Origin: Octopus bimaculoides
Lineage: Eukaryota
Assembly: GCF_001194135.2 (NCBI RefSeq)
Contig: NC_068981.1
Span: 38,359,615-38,423,614 of the forward strand
Reading direction: 5' to 3'
DNA length: 64,000 nucleotides
The notes under the pieces: model-generated
What the model saw: the letters and a program-made list of their open reading frames with translations, nothing else
Databases searched by the model: none
Told to the model about the DNA's origin: nothing
Program-made: the position numbers and the translations under genes
Part shown: piece by piece, positions 24,501-39,341 of the stretch
How positions within the stretch are numbered: position 1 is the first letter of the stretch
Layout of the letters: the number at the start of each line of letters is the position of its first letter

Positions 24501-25249
24501 TTATTTCTTTGAGAAATGCAGAATTACAGTTTCCTTATATAATGATTTTGTAGGTTGTCAATACAGAATCATGAAAGAGTAGGAATAAATACCACAAGGT
24601 ATTTGTTCCAGTTTTATGTGCTCCAAGTTCAAATCTCATTAGGGGCAATAACATTTTGATGTTGATAAATAAAGTACATATCCAGGATAGTGAATTTTCA
24701 GAATTGTTTGAACATCAGAAAATACCTTACAACTATTTGCATTCTGAGTTCCTGGAAAGTAGACTTATTCAGTTGCCTGGTTTAACAACATCACCTAGTT
24801 CTTGGCTACCTTTAATGGAGCTCCCTCTATTGCAAGTATTAGGGACATGTCTTCACCTAAAAAATAACTTTCTATCAGTCTTGAAGACTCTGAGAAAAAT
24901 AGGTTTTAGGGCATTGCCCTCACCTCTATAAAAATGAAATGAAAAATGAAATAGAAAGTTTGCTGGATTCACATCATTAAAACATTTCTTGAAATAAAAA
25001 CAACCTATCTTGTTCTTTTAAGTAAATCACCAGTTCTCTTGTAGTAAAAAATAGCAGTTAATAATCATATAGAAGAAATTTGAATTGGTTGATATAAGAG
25101 AAGGACTGGTAGGCATTCTGTGGTGCAAATAGTATCATGGACACCTAACAAATGACAGATAATGGTTCAAGTTCCTCAGCAGACCTATTTCTTTATGCCA
25201 GTTTTGTTTTGTTTTTCTTTGGACTCAGATTAGCGTTTCTCAGTTAATA

Positions 25250-25385
25250 TCACTTTACATTCTGCAAAAGTTGATTTTGCTTTGCATCCTTTCAGGGTTG
25301 ATAAAATAAGTACTAGTTGGCCAATGTAATCGATCTGCCCACTCCCCTAAAATTGCTGGCCTTGTGCCAAAATTTGAAATCATTA
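25250..25385 (+). mobile_element. SINE family B, 3' half
   Basis: gttgattttgctttgcatcctttcagggttgataaaataagtactag...gctggccttgtgccaaaatttgaa. Confidence 0.7.
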
Positions 25386-27439
25386 TCCCTAAACATTAAA
25401 CAAAAGGTTACTATACTACTGAATAATAATATTGCATGTCTAAATATTGTTTAATAATATTTTAAACAAATTTGATATGATTATGTATGTAAAATAACAG
25501 TGTTTTCCAATGATGCATAACTTTGTTTAGGTGTTAGATGCTATAGATGTCGTGTCTATAATTTGTGTATCTGTATGTGTAATCCAAAGACTGAATGACT
25601 TAAAGTTCTCTTATCATCTCAATAAACTAAAAACCCTGTATTTCTACAACTTGAATGTATGTAACAAAATATTGCCAATATAAAACATATTTACATGCTT
25701 ATTGGAATATATCTACATTTAAATAACAATAATTGTAGATTTCAGTATAGTTAAAATTCTTTTACTGGTAAATCTTTCTTATAGTTTACAACCAAAAAAA
25801 GACATATATTCCTGCATAGACAGGCATTCAAACACAAAGATTTCAAGTTTAAGTGATATCAAGTGAACCATTTGATTCTTCTCTTTGAAACTTTCTCATA
25901 AGTTGGTACTTTCTTCAGATTTATTACTTGCTTTTCTGTTGAATAATGTAAAGATCAGATCAAATTGACTTAAATCTCTAATTTTTCAACATATTTCTTT
26001 GATGTAAACCTGACCTCAGTAGAACTGAGAAATATTAAATGTTTCTCAGAAGACCAGAATTAGCTTCATTAATGTCCTTGTATTGAAACATCTCATAAAT
26101 TATCTTCACTCTATGACTATCACTTTCTTTGTTTATACCATACAGTAGTCATGAGAGACATGCCATTTATGCAACCATAAAACCCCTCATATCACATTTT
26201 ATATCTGGACTTCTCTTCACTTAATCCTCTTAAGAAAAGCCATAGTCATTAAGCTTAGACTGAAAAGTTGAGTGTAACCATCACAATATTTCCTATTATT
26301 ACCTATCTTCCATTTCTACAGAAATATGTAATTCCTAAGTTTATCTATTTCAATACAGACGCACACAAATACGAAGCAATATTCAAAATTCATTGAAAAG
26401 AAATGCAAATTACTGAAACTGACAGCATTATATTCTTGATGGAAGCAACAACAGAATAAAATGTATGAATGCAACTCAGTTGCACAGAGGAGTGTATTAA
26501 CAAAATAATCCACACACACAAAACTCACTTTTCTAAATTATGTCCAGCCATTTATCTTGCTATGTTCATTTCCAATTCCCATACTGCTGTGTGTTTATAT
26601 TTATATTATCAATTTCCTCTTCCATTATAAAATAGTGTGTATTGTATCTATGCAAGAAATCTATATTTATATTAGCATTCAACACAACAAATCTCTTCAT
26701 ATAACAAGTAAATTATCTGTGGTTCTCAAGTGCTAAGCTTCAGACTGGACAATCATGGGTCAAACCCTGCAACAGCCTTTGTGTCCAGCCCATTGGCAAA
26801 ATGTATAATACAGTTTAAGTTTACTGACCTAAAAATAGATATCTTCCCAATTTCACAGCTGATAAATTAGCATTAGTAAGTTCATCCAGAAGTATATTTA
26901 CCCTTTCCTCTGTAAAAACTATTCACTGATATCTGAAAAATTGACAGAAAATGTGTAATGGAAAAAATACTATCAGTTGTGTAGAGCAGTCTTTCTATAG
27001 GCTGCAACATCATCCACCTATGCCCTGTGGTCTCTGTAAATGAATAGCTTGCAGGTGATTCAAACTGTCAAAGATTATGATTTTAATAAGTAAGAAAGAC
27101 AACAGGAGCCCAGTAATAGGAAATAGCCTTACTCAATATGTAGAAAAGGGGTAGGTATACACTCTATACACTGTCTTTGATGTTGGCTGTGGACACACAA
27201 GAGATGTAATAGAATCACTGGTAGTCTATCTAAGAATTTAAACTTTATATGTAGCAGATGCACTGGAGCAGTATGTACAAGCACACCTGAAGTTGAGTCT
27301 CTTATATGCCTTGATGGCTTATTAGAAGTAGTCGGTAGCTTTTGTTACTGAGGAGATGTTATTAGCAAGGGAGATGGTTAGTTGCAAGAGTAAGAATTGG
27401 TTAGAGAAGGTTGTAGCTACAACCACTGCTGACAACAAA

Positions 27440-28271
27440 AATCCTTTGAAATAGTCACCTTGACAGCAATACACCAGTCTCAGGGTTCCTGCCACTTTTG
27501 GAAGCTGGCCTGGAAGTTGTTTTCTGTAAGCAAGTCGAGCACCTGTGATTTGCTCTAGAGCTCAACAAGGGTATTTATAAAATGGTTACCTTTCAGCTGC
27601 ATTTTTATCTTGGGAAGAGATAGATGTCTGCAGGTGCTAAATCTGGCAAATAGGTTGGGTGCAGAAGTGATACCATGCTGTTTTTGGTGAGAAATACACA
27701 AATAAGGAGAGTTCGGTAACATGGTGCATTGTTGTCTTGATGAATTCAGTTCTTCACACTCCACAGTTCCTGTCACTTTCACTGAATGTCCTCTCTCAAA
27801 CGTTTCAAAACGTCGTAGTAGAACTGTCAATTGATGCTCTGGCCTTAGGGGATGAATTCTTGATGCACAATACCACGGATGTCGATAAAAAAAAACGATG
27901 ATTATGCTCTTGATTGAGCTGCAGCTCTTTTGTGCACCAGTGTCAATCAAAACATTGCGCATGACCCATTGCCTCATTGTTGTAAGCTTGCCAAAGCATG
28001 GTCAATGTCTCTGTAGCAAACTACCCAATTTTAACACAATATTTCACGTTGGCTCTTTGTTTCACTTTCCTGTTCATGATAAAAATCACAGACTACACCA
28101 TACATGTGATCACAAAAACACAAACTTCACTACTTGCAAAGTAAGTACAGCAATGTCACTCTGCCCACGGCCTCATGAAGGTCACTGCTAGCTCTCATTG
28201 CACACACAACCATGTGCTACAATCTGTTGGTGCCCTACAGAACTAGTCTGGGAACTTTTTGATACAATCTC

Positions 28272-28272
<1 letters not shown>
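27440..28272 (-). mobile_element. Mariner (DD34D-type) transposon remnant with an internal deletion; one TIR retained
   Basis: MNRKVKQRANVKYCVKIG*FATETLTMLWQAYNNEAMGHAQCFD (HTH region); YYDVLKRLRED; HQDNAPC; HPTYLPDLAPADIYLFP; CIAVKGDYF; TIR-like tgagattgtatcaaaaagttcccagact next to TA at 28273-28274. Confidence 0.85.
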
Positions 28273-28302
<30 letters not shown>

Positions 28303-31300
28303 TGTATGTATATGGAGTAGTGAAAAATAATATCACATTTCATATAATGAGTCCAAATCAGTATAAAACATACTTTGATATAGGTCTTCTTCAGTTGTGC
28401 TTTTCATTGTGTTATTATTGAGAACAGAAGATCTTCCTGATTAATACCTATCCAAAATATCAAAGTTACTGTTTTTCAGTTTGGCATTTCTAAACACTCA
28501 CACCATCAGGATATACAGCAAATATGCTTTCCTTTGCATGTGTTACTTCATTGCCCTTACGTCATTTGTAAAGCAAGCAATGCTGAATATGCAGCTCACT
28601 TAAGTCTTTGTCTTCCTAGAGCTATCAGCTAGAGTATATACACACGTATGGCATGTGTCCACTTTAATATTTGGTCATTAGCTCTATGTTGATTGGTTGA
28701 TTACTAGGTTACCTTTTATTGGTTTACAAGCTATTTGTGGCACAACATCAGACTATTTGCTTGAAAATACAACACATTATTTTACAATAACCTTAACATG
28801 TGTATGCATGTGTGTTAAAACTTCAGCAAACCATACAATGCAGAGGAAACATAACATTTAATTTATAATGGAAATTGACTCTTCCATATTACTAGGCCAA
28901 AATGTATTAAAAGAATATGGCATAAATTTTAAAATAACATAGTTGTAAGTGAAATATAACTTTTGTGTGTAAACAATAGTTTTAAAATATTTACAGTTGA
29001 TGAGTATGTTCTGAAAAAATTATGAAGTATTTTAGTTAAATACTGATATTACAGTATAATGTAATATTGTACAAATGTTAATAAATATTCTAAATCTACA
29101 TATAGGTACACATATATGGCAAGTAAATTAGAGAGAAAACATGAAACCTCTCTCTTGTGTATTCTTTGTCAGTCCAGAAGAGGTTTCACGATATTTTACA
29201 GGAACAAAGAAAGAGGTTAGTAACTGTTTACTGAGAGATTTGTAATATTGCTACCCAGACAACTGATTATTAAGCATTTAGAGCTTTTAAAATCTAAGAA
29301 TAGAACATATGAAACAGTTAATGACAAGTTTGAAATAAGTTGAACACATAATAGGTAATAGATGAAAATCATCATGTTTTTCATTGAGAAGAAACCAGAA
29401 AGATATATTAATCTTATTACAAGAAACAATGAAAGATGAAATATATTAAGTTGCAATACAGCATATCCAGTTAAAGCATGATGTTGCAGGGAAGAAATGA
29501 AGAAATTAAATAAAGGCAGCTTCCCCAGAGCAATCAAACAGCCATAGGGATGATGAAAAAGAGATTAAGACAATGAATTCAGAAAAGATAACAGGATCTT
29601 CAGGCATGGTGAATTGATGAACCATCAGTTGGTGACTGTCTAAATAAAACAACAATCATTACAGATATCTTGCAATGGAGATCATAAATTAAAATATTTC
29701 TCTAGAGAGAAGACATAAAATATTATTCATGAACTTAAAATTTATTTATAACATGAGAATTAGAATATTTACATAATGTGCCTTGGTTAATATTGAACAG
29801 AGATGATGAAGAGAATTTACAATTACCATGATTTCAACTAGTTTTTCATGCTTCACTGAACTTGTTGAATGTAGATTCAAATTCCATTTATTCACCATAA
29901 TGAGGTAAATCATTAGCAATTTAAACTATATAAGTGTTGTGACACCATAAGGGCATATATAATCCAAAAGGTTATTCATAGCTAAATGGGTTTCCAAAGT
30001 CCAATACCAATTGGTAACATTAAATAATTTATTCCATATTTTACTTGTCACAAAAGTTTTTATGTAGAAAAAGTATTATTTTTCAAAATGTTTTAAGGCT
30101 TCTTTAATTTAAACATGGAGGAATTTATTTACAATAAACAGTAAAGAAATAGCCTGACTAGCTGGCTGAAGATGTCTGTCAAGCTCTCGTAAACATATAT
30201 AGATATAATGCAGGCTACACTGGGTGGAGGTGCTTGTCTCCCCCTCGTAAACATAAGGACACAGGAAATGTGTCAAGGCCAACAGGAAGCGGTGCAGCTT
30301 CCTAGGGCTAAATAGCAGTAGTATGATTCCCTTATTGGGACTGTCACGTTGAGTTGACAGTGTACAACTACTTTATCATAACATTGCTGCTTAAGTCTCT
30401 CTGTGAGATTTAGAAATGAATCATTTGTAATTTTAGTAAAGAAATAAAGAGCAAACAACTGATTTCAATAGAGTTTTATAAATTCTCAAGAGTCAGCTAA
30501 AGAAAACACATAGAATTTTTCAAAATTTGTCTATTTCTTGCATTTTTTAAATCATATCATGAAACTGAAAGAATTAGTTTCAAATAATTCTGTTAGTTAA
30601 ATTAGACATCTTAAAATAACTAGGTCTATGCAAATACAATGTATCAGTTTAAAACTATTATATCATTAGAACAGTAGTTGAGCTTAAGTTGATCTCTGAA
30701 ACACGTCTGATTTTAACTAACTAAAACACCAAAGATTTTATTTTGATCATTCATTTGCTGTTTTTCCTAATTCATATCAATGAAACTTACTTTGCATTGG
30801 AATATTTACTCCCATTTTAGATACAATTAGCATCAGGATATGTATTTTGATTATTTATCATCATTATCGCTAGTAATACCCTTTAACATCCATTTTCTAC
30901 ACTGGCATGGGTTGAACTATTTGGGGGGATATATTATTTTTGCTCAAAAAAATTTCAAAAATTTAATTAAATTAATTATTACAGCTATCAATTTTTATAG
31001 TAATGATTTACGTTCTTCCTTAAAAATTAATTAGCTTATATTATAAAGAAATTCAAAAAATATTTGCATGATGAAATTATTGATATGGTTTAATAGATTT
31101 TTTCACTCATGTTACAAAATTGAAGTTTGCTTTTAAAAAATTATTTCTTCCAATTTTTTAAAATTGTTACGTTAACTTTGACAAACCATATGTTTATATT
31201 TTATCAGGAGTTACTAGAATTAGTACACTAAGGAGAGTAAATCTATCTAAAGTGTTTTACTTTCTCATGGTTTTATATTTTAATTAAAATATTAACTTGC

Positions 31301-31779
31301 AAATTTAAAGATACATGATTTATGTTAAAACTTGCTTTAGATAAAGTAAGCTAATTAAGCTATTGGGTTCATACCTCGAAAATAGATTTTGTGTTGTTCC
31401 TTTCTTATATATATTAATTTGACTTTGGGGAATAAAACAAGGTTTATGTACTGGTATGCCATGACAAAATTATTGAAATTTTAAACAGGCAGAGATACAC
31501 TTTTCTCTGCCAATAAAATACAAATTGAAATGTAAGTTTCAACAACTTCCTACTGCACATCATCATTCTGGAAACACATTTACATGTAGAATTTTATTAT
31601 ATTTCAGATCGTTGACATTAAAATAAGCTCTTTCATTAACGGACGATAGCTTAGTTTGGAGCAATACTTCAAGAGATAACTTTAAAACTTTAAAAGTAAA
31701 AGATGATTTTCAAACATTAATCTTCTTTTGTTTTTCATTTTATTTTATCAATTAACCAGCAGCATCTGTGGCTCTTTTC

Positions 31780-32020
31780 AAGGTCTTTGAGACTGGTGGG
31801 AGGGAAGGAAAAAGGCATCATGAAGTCAGGAACTTGGCCTAAATGCTTGCAACAGCGTGGACTCAGCGCTAAAGATAATCACTATGCCTGATGATGGTAT
31901 TAAACCATGTGACAAATTGAGATGATCATTCAAGTTAGCCCTAGTAGGATTTGAACTCAGAATGCAAAGAGCCTCAAGAAAACCACAAGCTATTTTATCT
32001 GATACACAATCATTTCAGCC
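31780..32020 (-). mobile_element. SINE family B (diverged)
   Basis: ggatttgaactcagaatgcaaagag; aacttggcctaaatgc. Confidence 0.55.
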
Positions 32021-32899
32021 AATTCACCTCTGGTTTTTGATTTAAAATTATAGTTTATTTTTTATTTCTTCTATTACTGCCTTTGCTATATCGCTATCAT
32101 ATTTTAATGCTACATTAAATTACATCTAAATCACATAAAACAACAATAATTAATGAATCAAAACTAGATGTTGGGCAGAGAGAACAAAGAAATTTGCAAA
32201 CATCACAAAGTTTTCATTTATTACTTAACAAATTTTATTTCTTTTATTAATTAAAGGGTGAAAAGATTATAGATATATGTAATTAAATAACTGGTCTGTT
32301 AACAGTGTTTTGTTTCATGACTATATGTACTACAGATGATATCGATAGATTTTTGACCAACATTGTATTTTACAAATAATATCAATATCACGTCTATATA
32401 TACAATGGGCTTGCAGACAGAACAAGAAGGAACAGCTTTATTAACTGAACTTTTCACTTCTGTTTAGAATCTCATCAACAACTATGTACCTGCCTTAACA
32501 ATCCATGAAAACATTGTTTCTAAACACCTTGATATTAGTGGTTAAAGTAAACTAGATAAACCAATTTGCATATTTAGCACTTTCTTGGCAACTTCTTGTT
32601 TGAATGAATATTAAATTTCTGGTGACATAAGAGATAACATATAGTGTTTGTTAAAAATTTATAGATATGTTTAATAACAGATAATAACAATGAAACAAAA
32701 CACTGATCATATTCCAACAATATTCACTAACACAGTGATTTACTACAGTTATGCAGTATTTACAAGTGCATACAAAGAAAACAACGCTTTCATAGAACTC
32801 ACCCAAGACCACCAACGTGCAGAAATAACATCAGAAAAAGAAATGCCATGTGGTTCTTCTCCCATAAAAGATTAGCAGAGCTACATTTATCACCTGAGA

Positions 32900-33420
32900 G
32901 CCGATCTGTACATATTCCTTCTCCATTTTTGTGCAACCAATCCCCTAGGAATCATCTCATGCTCCCAACATCATCCCTTACAATATATCTACTGAATACT
33001 CATTTTTCCTGAAAACAGTCTCATATCTGCTATCAGAGCTCCTTTTGTAACTCTCTATAATCCCTACTATGTATACCTGACTGCTGTCACTGTGAATCTT
33101 CTGTCTCCTCTACTATTCACCGCATCCCATTAATTACTCCCCCAACCATTCTCAATTCTCTACCTGCTATTCTTTTTCAACCCCTTTCACCTTCAAGGCA
33201 TGCCCTGATACTTCATCTCCACTAATTTTCACCCTTTCTTGCTGGGAACCCATCTATCTACTTTACAGGAAGATATCTGTTCTTGTCATTCTTTTCTACT
33301 TTACTTCTCTACACCTGTCACAAATCCACCTCCTACAATATTGAAACCTATCCTCCCATCCTCTATAAGAAACCTTGTCTTGTGAATTACTTGGTGACCA
33401 CTCTAGGTGCCAAGAAAAAG
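32900..33420 (-). mobile_element. Ancient LINE endonuclease (APE)-region remnant
   Basis: Decayed VGGxxNG and (C)ETVFRKNE motifs. Confidence 0.35.
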
Positions 33421-34854
33421 CACTAATAACACTCTGTAAAGTGGATGGCATTAGTAGGAGCATCCAACCATAGTAACCTTGCTAAAGCAGACACTGGAGA
33501 ACAACACACCCTTCAGGCAAATGGATCCTCTCACATCATTCAAGCAAGCCAGCATGGAACAAAGACAATAATGATGATTTAATCAGTAAACATTCTCTAC
33601 AACATAAATCCTTTAGAATTTTCAGCAAAAATTAAAATCTCATATTCCACAACTTTAAATTTGACCAAACATTTGCAGCATCTAAGCTATATGACAAAAT
33701 AAACAATGAGCATACTTCCATGACAACCTCCAAAATTTGTAACACCAACAGCTATCCACTCACTAAGAACTGCTTAGGTAAGAACATTGTTTACAAGTTT
33801 ATGATTGGCACCAAGAACTCTTCTAAAGCATGCAAAGCCTACAACTCTTTTTGAATCTAGAGACAAATAAATCCCTTATGTGTTTAGATAACCAATAGGT
33901 AACACCAAAACCATATTTTCTGTCTTCAAACGTGATTTGAACAAATATATAGCATACATCTTTAAATAGAAAATCTTATCCAGAGCAAGATCTTACATCT
34001 GAACTGCAAACCATGCAAACTTTGTACTAAGGAGACTTTTGAAATTTTATTGATGAAAGATATCTTACTGAAGAGAGTCAATGCAAAATTTTCCAATTGC
34101 CTTCATAAAGTATGTCAGATTTATTAACATTTTATATATACAGAGCAACCTCGGTTCACATGTTGAACAAATTGGCTTTCGAACAGAAATTTGAGATGAA
34201 AATGTCTTTGATTATTGAACATGCATTTGTGAATATCTGTGTACTCACATATGACTGTTAGTATAGACTCCTGAGCCATGCTTGCTAGCCATGCTGAGCT
34301 GTTGCCCGTTGGGAACTCCTCAACAATTTCAGTTTTATTACCACCATTTTCTACCTACCCTTCTGCCTCTGACCATTAATCTTACTTTTTATCCAGTTGA
34401 TATTTACTTCTGTTTTTACATTTAAGTTTTTATTTTCATCTTTTGTCATAATCATTATTTCCATTTTTGCTTACTTTTTATTTTGTATTTTCTTTCATTT
34501 ACCTTTTTTTTTATTTTTCCTTATCATTACTACCAACACAATTACTCTAATTTTTTTTCATCATTTATATTACAACTGATGTTTTTATAGGTCATAATTT
34601 TTTTCATTAATGTTTGTTATTTATTATCAGTACTATCATTAATACATTATGTTCTGCAAATAGTTATATGTACCAGTCACTAATATTGGTCCCTCACCCT
34701 TAAAGTGGTCTTTGATCAAAACCCACGTCACAACTTTTGGACTCTCAGTTTTTATTAAACATGGTTACAAACAGTATCAACACACTGACTAAATCACTCT
34801 AAATGAATGCATTCACTGTGGTTTCTGAACAATTATCCTCAGGATTCATATATA

Positions 34855-35084
34855 CTCTTTTGCTCTTTTACTTGTTTCAGTCATTTGACTGTGGTCATGC
34901 TGGAGCACCGCCTTTAGTCGAGCAAATCGACCCCAGGACTTATTCTTTGTAAGTCTAGTACTTATTCTATCAGGCTCTTTTGCTGAACTGCTAAGTTATG
35001 GGGACGTAAACACATCAGCATCGGTTGTCAAGAGATGTTGGAGAACAAACACAGACATACAAACATATACATAAGCACACATAC

Positions 35085-35168
<84 letters not shown>

Positions 35169-35305
35169 GATGGGTTTCTTTCAGTTTCCGTCTATCAAAT
35201 CCACTCACAAGGCTTTGGTCGGCCCGAGGCTATAGTAGAAGACACTTGCCTGAGGTGCCATGCAGTGGGACTGAACCCAGAACCATGTGGTTCGTAAGCA
35301 AGCTA
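34855..35305 (-). mobile_element. SINE family A with a long internal (TA)n (~35095-35166)
   Basis: cttttacttgtttcagtcatttgactgtggtcatgctggagc...caaatccactcacaaggctttggtcggcccgaggctatagtagaagacacttgcc. Confidence 0.85.
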
Positions 35306-35659
35306 TATATATATCTTCCATGTACATGCAGACACACATATATTTGATTTTATAAAAGTTTCAAGCAAGAGGAAGAGTACTCGAAACAGTAGTATCTATT
35401 TATTACAGTTACTGGTTATACATTACTAAAAAGTAATAACAGTGAATAATCACAGGAATATCATATACGTATGCATGTGTTTATGTGGATGTGTTGTATG
35501 TGTGTGTGTGTGTCTGTGCATGTGTGGAATGTTACCCAGGCTCCATTTGTCTGCTTTGGCATGGTTTCTACAGTTGGATGCTCTTCTTAATGCCAACCAC
35601 TTTACAGAGTGTACCAGGTGCTTCTATGTGGCAACTACATGACATACCTATATATATTT

Positions 35660-36030
35660 ATATCATCATCATCATCATCGTTTAACATCCGCCTTCCATG
35701 CTAGCATGGGTTGGACGATTTGACAGAGGACTGGTGAACCAGATGGCTACACCAGGCTCCAATCTGATTTGGCAGAGTTTCTACAGCTGGATGCCATTCC
35801 TAATGCCAAACACTCCGAGAGTGTAGTGGGTGCTTTTACGTGTCACTGGCACGAGGGCCAGTCAGGCGGTACTGGCGACAGCCATGCTTGAAATGGTGTA
35901 TTTTACGTACCACCTGCACAGGAGCCAGTCCAGCAGCACTAGCAACAACCTCGCTCGAATGTTTTTTAATGTTCCACCGGCACAAGTGCCAATAAGGCAA
36001 CGCTGGTAATGACCACGCTCAAATGGTGCT
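35660..36030 (-). mobile_element. RTE-type 3' UTR/tail
   Basis: (CAT)n cgtttaacatccgccttccatgctagcatgggttggacg...gctggatgccattcctaatgcc. Confidence 0.8.
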
Positions 36031-36369
36031 ATACATATATATATATATATATATGATGGACACATATGTACAATAGTTACTTGAATAAATTCTTTTGAAT
36101 ATCATTTTATCTTTTATTTGTTTCATTCATTAGATTGTAACTATGCTGGGGCACCAGCTTGAAGGATTTTTAGTCAAATGAACCAACCCCATTAATTATT
36201 ATTTTTAAAGCATGGTGCTTATTCTATCGACCTCATTTTCCAAACCACTAAGTTACTGGGATATAATCAAACCAACATCAGATTAGAGATTTGTACTACA
36301 ATGAAATAAATAAATGTTTCTCCTGAAAACGTTGAGAAATCTGGAATGCACCTTGCACATACATACATA

Positions 36370-36845
36370 TCTTTTCTTTTATCTTTTTACTTGTTTAAGT
36401 CAATGAACTGTGGCCATGTTTGTGCACCACCTTGAAGGTCTTAATTGAACAAATTGATCCCAATGCTTATTTTACTTTTTTATGCTTGTTGCTTATTTTA
36501 CTGATCTTTTTTGCTGAACTGCTAGATTACAGGGATGTAAACAAACCAGCATCTATTGTCAAGCAGTAATGGGGAACAAAGACACACACAAAGATAGACA
36601 CACACGCATACATGCACATACACATACACAAATATATCATATATTGGAGCACCTTTCAGTTTCTATCTCCCAGATCTATTCAGAAAGTTTGGGTCTGTCT
36701 GGAGAGTAGAGCTTCTATAGAATTTCTCTTTTGCAATTCCAGTCACACAGGATTTGTTGGCCTGGAGCTAGCGTAGATATTCTTATGGAGTTGGGGGTTG
36801 AACCTGAGACTATATGGTTGTGAAGGGAACTATTCAACCACACTG
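36370..36845 (-). mobile_element. SINE family A (diverged)
   Basis: atctttttacttgtttaagtcaatgaactgtggccatg...gttgaacctgagactatatggttg. Confidence 0.65.
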
Positions 36846-37726
36846 CAGACAACTATCAGGATGCAAATGATTATCAGAAATTGTTTTGTTCATCTGCAGA
36901 AAAATTTATAATGGTGAACAGCAGAAATGGAATGACTAGAGTTTTTCTAATCAACTTTTGTCTCTCTCACAACATCCATTTTGTTGGACCCTTAAACAAA
37001 AGCATGCAATTCAGTTTGTCTACTACTTCCTGCTTGAATGATTACTAGCAAGAAAATCATCCATGTGTAAAAACATTTTCTCTCTAACAAAAAAGAAATC
37101 ATGCTGTCCATGTTAGTATTAAAAATTTCATCTTAAAGAGCATTTTGCGTGTGTGTGTGTGTGTGTGTGTGAGTGTGTGTGTGTGTGTTTGTGCACGTGC
37201 ATGTGTGTATGTGCGCGTATGTAAGCATGCATGCATGTATGTATGCGTGTGTTTTCACAAGCATGTGTGTATGTGCATTCATGCATGTGTATGTCCATGC
37301 ATGTGTGTGATTATGTTCCCTACTATGAAAATTATATAAGAACTTTAAGACGAAAATGTTTTAGCTAAAGTTAAAGAATAAACAAAATTATATCCTGTCT
37401 ATACATTATTCTATTTACTTCTTTTATTGTTCACCTGATAGAGAACAAAGCAAAATAAGAAAAAAAAAGAGTGAATTAAACAAAATACTTAAATCATTGC
37501 AGTGTCATTATGTCAGAATAATAAAAAAACTATTGATTAGGTTACAAATAGAAGCATTTTCTGTCACATCAAATGTACAGTTTCTTTTTAAATCAAATGA
37601 TTTGTCAGATTGATAAGATATTCTCACATCAAAATTGGGAAAAACAAAAAGACAATTCCACTTTTTCAAACACCAGAGACAGATTAACCAATAACAACTA
37701 CTGCAAAATTAACAACATCTATATAA

Positions 37727-37773
<47 letters not shown>

Positions 37774-38344
37774 ATCATACTTACATATATACATATACAT
37801 ATATATAGACCTATGTGTATTTGTTATATATATATATATATATATATGTGCATAAATATATAGACATGCTTACAGACATATATGTATCCATCTTGTGTGA
37901 GTGTGTGTGTAAGTATATATGTGTGTGTATATACATATATATGATTTGTGGAAGATATTTTTAAACATCTGTTTATATTAACAGATTATACAAAACGCAC
38001 ACATGCACACAACCACACATATATATCACCACACACACACAAACACATATATACATGCATGTGTGTGTGTGTTTCTCGACATGACTTTATAACTGAGGGA
38101 CGACTGTCTCTTTGCATTTTACAGACGCATTCGATAGATCTAATTATCAAATATTTATTTTCTGGAAGGTATTTCATAATTAACAATTTTTATTGCAAGC
38201 TGATTATGCCATTGATGCTCAGATGTTTGTGCCTCTAACTACAATTGAAATTCTGTAAGATGTCACAATCTTATCTTTGTAGCTTTCATCTACAGACCCA
38301 CTGATTCTACAGCAACAGCAAGATTTCACATATGTCATATTTTA

Positions 38345-38940
38345 CAGACTAGCACTCCATCAGTTATACTGACGAGTGTGCTAAGTTGATCCAATCAATG
38401 GAACAGCCAGCTCATGAAATTACCATGCAAGTGGCTGAGCACTCCACAGATACACATACCTTTGGCGTAGTTATCAGAGAGAGTCAGCTTGACACAGAAC
38501 TTGACAAGACCGGCCCTTTGAATTACAGGTACAACTCATTTTTGCCAGCTGGAGATTATTCATGCAGTAATTGACAGCGTTTCTAGTGGATGTTAATATC
38601 CATAAATAAGGGAGATAATATCAATAAAATACTTGGACTGAATTTTGTGAGGAGAATAGAACAAGTATGAATCACCTTTATCATCATCGTTGTCATCATC
38701 ATCATCGTCATCATCGGCATTGTCGGCGTCATCATTATTATCAATGTTATAATGTTTACTTTTCCACACTTGCACAGGTAAGACAGAATCCATTGAGGCA
38801 GATTTTCCAAGGTTAGATATCGTTCCTGATACCAATCCTAATTTGTTTTCAAAGATGATAACACTGCCACATATCTGGACATGCTTCCATGGAAAATTGG
38901 AAACAAAGCACACCACTACTATAAGGGCAATTCTCATTTA
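38345..38940. repeat. Interspersed repeat of another family with an internal (CAT)n, probably a SINE or LINE tail
   Basis: GC-richer block gttgatccaatcaatggaacagccagctcatgaaatt...cactccacagatac and an RTE-tail-like segment around (CAT)n at ~38680-38740. Confidence 0.45.
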
Positions 38941-39302
38941 CAAATACTATGTAAGCCATACTGTTTTGAAGGAATTTTTTTAGTCAGGCAAATCAATACC
39001 AGTGCTTAGATTTTAACTTTTGTATTAATTCTATGGGTCCCTTTCACTGAATTGCCAAGTTATAGTGATGTAAACTTACACTGGTTGTCAAGCAGTAATG
39101 GGGAATAAACACAACACTAACACAATGACACACACTCACATGCACGTTCACATACATACATAGATACATACATACATATATATAAAAATATCTTGTTGTT
39201 GATGTTGAAATTCCAGTGATGGGGCCTTGGATCTAGGTTAGAAACCAATTCTTTCTTTATTGGCAAGAAATCTTGAAATAAAACTCAATAATGACATATG
39301 TC

Positions 39303-39341
<39 letters not shown>

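Noticed and set aside
27555-27977. ORF containing NVLIDTGAQKS, resembling a retroviral/Gypsy aspartic protease
   Set aside because: The motif arises at a deletion junction in an alternative frame; the surrounding frames carry mariner HTH, DNAP and YSPDLAP-like motifs.
33679-33777. 99-nt open exon candidate with a GTAAGA donor
   Set aside because: It lies beside a decayed LINE-like 3' end (VFKRDLNKY), has no recognisable homology, and such signals are expected by chance.
34996-35297. ORFs rich in YI/VC/HT/II repeats (also near 6.5, 37, 43-44, 50, 55 and 62 kb)
   Set aside because: They are translations of microsatellites.
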